From: Campylobacterales bacterium
GTDB taxonomy: Bacteria; Campylobacterota; Campylobacteria; Campylobacterales; Sulfurimonadaceae
DNA length: 29,517 bases
Reading direction: 5' to 3'
Assembly: GCA_038205935.1 (NCBI GenBank)
Contig: JBBRBK010000022.1
Location: forward strand, 1 to 29,517
Under the pieces are notes generated by a model. It saw only the letters and a list, made by a program, of their open reading frames with translations, did no database searches and was not told the DNA's origin. Made by a program: the position numbers and the translations under genes. Positions 27,382 to 29,517 of this stretch are shown here, in pieces. Position 1 is the stretch's first letter. Every line of letters starts with the position of its first letter.

Positions 27382-29430
27382 TTATAGTTTCCAAAAACTA
27401 TTCGTCATATCGCTCAACTCACTGTTTTTATCATCCTTTTTATGGACAACGAATTTTCTTTTCACCTTTTTGCAGGATAGAAGATGGTTTATCTCTTTTA
27501 GCGGCATCGGTTTGTGATAATAATATCCTTGTATTGAATCGATACCGTTTTGACGTAAAAATTCGAGTTCCTCACTTGTTTCTACTCCCTCAGCCAAGAC
27601 ACTCATGTTGAGACCCTTCGCAAGTGCAATAATAGTTTTGACAATGGTTTGGTTTTTAGGTTCTTGGGTAATATTTCGGATAAAAGATATATCAATTTTC
27701 AGTTTGTCAATAGGGAGATTTTTCAAATAGGAGAGGGATGAATACCCTGTACCGAAATCATCAATCGAGATATGGAACCCTTTTGCCTTGATAATATTCA
27801 AAAGGGCAATCATTTTTTCAGGATGTCCGATAATAGAACTCTCAGTGATCTCTAGTTCAATTAATGAAGGACTACACTCGGTTTCTTGGATAATACGATC
27901 AAGGGTCATGAGAAAATCGATATGCGTAAGCTGACGTGCTGAAACATTGATAGCCACTCTTCCATTTAGCAATCCATCTTTTGCCCACTCGGCGGCACTC
28001 TGGCATCCTCTCACTAAAACATATTCACCTAATTGCAAGATCAATCCGCTCTCTTCGGCAATTGGAATAAAGACTGCAGGTGAGATCATCATTTCTGATG
28101 TAGGCCAGCGCAAGAGAGCTTCTAAGCCGAGGAGTTTTTCTGTCTTAACATCGATTTGAGGCTGAAAGTAGAGTTCTAGTTCGTTATTTTGCATCGCTTT
28201 TTTTAATTGCGTAGCAAGAGTTGTACGGTAGAGCACTTTTTGGGTAAATTGTACATCATAAAAGCTATAGGTATTTCTTCCCGAATTTTTTGCGTTATAC
28301 ATAGCCACATCAGCTTTTTGGAGGAGTTCTTCTGCACCGTTTGCATCACTTGGGTACATAGCAATACCAATACTCGCTGTAATAAATAGATCAATTTCCT
28401 CAATATGAAGCGGATTATTGAGTATATCAGTAAGAGAGGAAATCATAGTATGTATAACATTTTTATCTTTTTGACATGATAAAAGTATAACAAACTCATC
28501 TCCTCCGGTTCTAGCGATAAAGGTATCTTTTGGAAAGAGTATCTGTAACAAATGTGTAATACGGATTAAAAGTTCATCTCCAAATCGATGACCATAGGAA
28601 TCATTGACCTCTTTAAAGGCATCCAAATCTAGAAAAAGTAGTGCAAAAGGATGATCTTCCATTCCGGATGTTTTAAGTTGAAGTTTTTCCATTAGATTTG
28701 TACGATTCGGAAGCCCAGTAAGAGGATCGTGATGTGCCATATAATCAAAATGTTCTTTAGCCTCAAGAATATGCTGTTCATATTTTTTTGTTTCAGTAAC
28801 ATCAGCAGCTATAACAATGATCTCACCCTTTGCCGGGCTAAAGAGTGAAAAGCTAAACCATTTGTCGATAGCTTTGAGATAGTGCTCCCATTTGCGAGCT
28901 TTTCCACTAGATGCAACTTCATCAAACACAAGGAGACTCTCAGGATTTTCTTCTGCATAATTAGGAATAAACTCACTAATTCTATGTCCGCAAGCAGCGT
29001 GGAATCCAGTCATGGACTCAAAAATATTGTTGACACTTAAATATTCTAAATCAATAGGTTTACCATTCTCGTAAATTATTCGGCAATGCGTAGCAGAGTC
29101 AAGCATATTGTCAAAAAGTGCGCGGTACATTTCATTGGAAACATCTAGGGATTTTGCTAGTTCTGTCTGTTTTTCTAAAATTTCAAGACGTTTAATATGG
29201 TTTTTATGCTGTAAGTGCAAAAAATGTAAAAAAAGAAAATAGAGGAGAACAGTGGTAATAAAGATGTAAAAAAAACCTTTATAGGTTTGTAGAAGAGCAA
29301 TTTGAGTAGTGTCTATAGAGATAATTTCGACGGCACTATCAGAAAAATAGATCCAGAGAACACCTACTAAGAAATAAACTAATGAGACAAACAAAGCACT
29401 TTTAACGCTGTAACTGTCTTTTATCTGCAT
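27382..29430 (-). CDS. membrane-anchored PAS-GGDEF-EAL c-di-GMP metabolism protein
   Basis: Two N-terminal TM segments, PAS-like region, HDPLTGLPNR, DLDAFKEVNDSYGH, GGDEF, EALLR, DDFGTGYSSL, KLKID, EGVET, QGY. The ATG at 29430 is better spaced from GAGGAG than the one at 29436. Confidence 0.93.
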   Translation of the reverse strand: MQIKDSYSVKSALFVSLVYFLVGVLWIYFSDSAVEIISIDTTQIALLQTYKGFFYIFITTVLLYFLFLHFLHLQHKNHIKRLEILEKQTELAKSLDVSNEMYRALFDNMLDSATHCRIIYENGKPIDLEYLSVNNIFESMTGFHAACGHRISEFIPNYAEENPESLLVFDEVASSGKARKWEHYLKAIDKWFSFSLFSPAKGEIIVIAADVTETKKYEQHILEAKEHFDYMAHHDPLTGLPNRTNLMEKLQLKTSGMEDHPFALLFLDLDAFKEVNDSYGHRFGDELLIRITHLLQILFPKDTFIARTGGDEFVILLSCQKDKNVIHTMISSLTDILNNPLHIEEIDLFITASIGIAMYPSDANGAEELLQKADVAMYNAKNSGRNTYSFYDVQFTQKVLYRTTLATQLKKAMQNNELELYFQPQIDVKTEKLLGLEALLRWPTSEMMISPAVFIPIAEESGLILQLGEYVLVRGCQSAAEWAKDGLLNGRVAINVSARQLTHIDFLMTLDRIIQETECSPSLIELEITESSIIGHPEKMIALLNIIKAKGFHISIDDFGTGYSSLSYLKNLPIDKLKIDISFIRNITQEPKNQTIVKTIIALAKGLNMSVLAEGVETSEELEFLRQNGIDSIQGYYYHKPMPLKEINHLLSCKKVKRKFVVHKKDDKNSELSDMTNSFWKL

Positions 29431-29517
29431 AAACATCTCCTCTTCACGATAATAATATAATTAAAAAAATTTACTTATGATGAAATGATTTCTCGTATTA
29501 TATAACTATTTAAGAGA

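Overview
Core-genome window from an AT-rich Campylobacterota bacterium (Sulfurimonas-like by gene order and protein sequence; inference). Left to right: the 5' stub of a type IV prepilin-like gene; a sigma54-driven flgB-flgC-fliE-ftsI cluster; panC; prfB; an Ate/Bpt-type aminoacyl-transferase; then, on the minus strand, the str operon (rpsL-rpsG-fusA) and the tRNA(Thr-Tyr-Gly-Thr)-tuf-rpmG-tRNA(Trp)-secE-nusG-rplKAJL-rpoB-rpoC cluster, with rpoB and rpoC unfused. The right end holds an MBL-fold phosphodiesterase-like gene, yaaA, a thioredoxin-like gene, an NMT1/THI5-sensor histidine kinase and a PAS-GGDEF-EAL gene. I see no mobile element, CRISPR array or defence system. The least explained signal is non-coding: a recurrent palindrome, TACATGTA / (C)TTACATGTAAG, found 9 times by eye. 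Five copies lie just downstream of stop codons, twice placed between two hairpins, and four lie inside genes. There is also a possible short in-frame hairpin insertion in yaaA.
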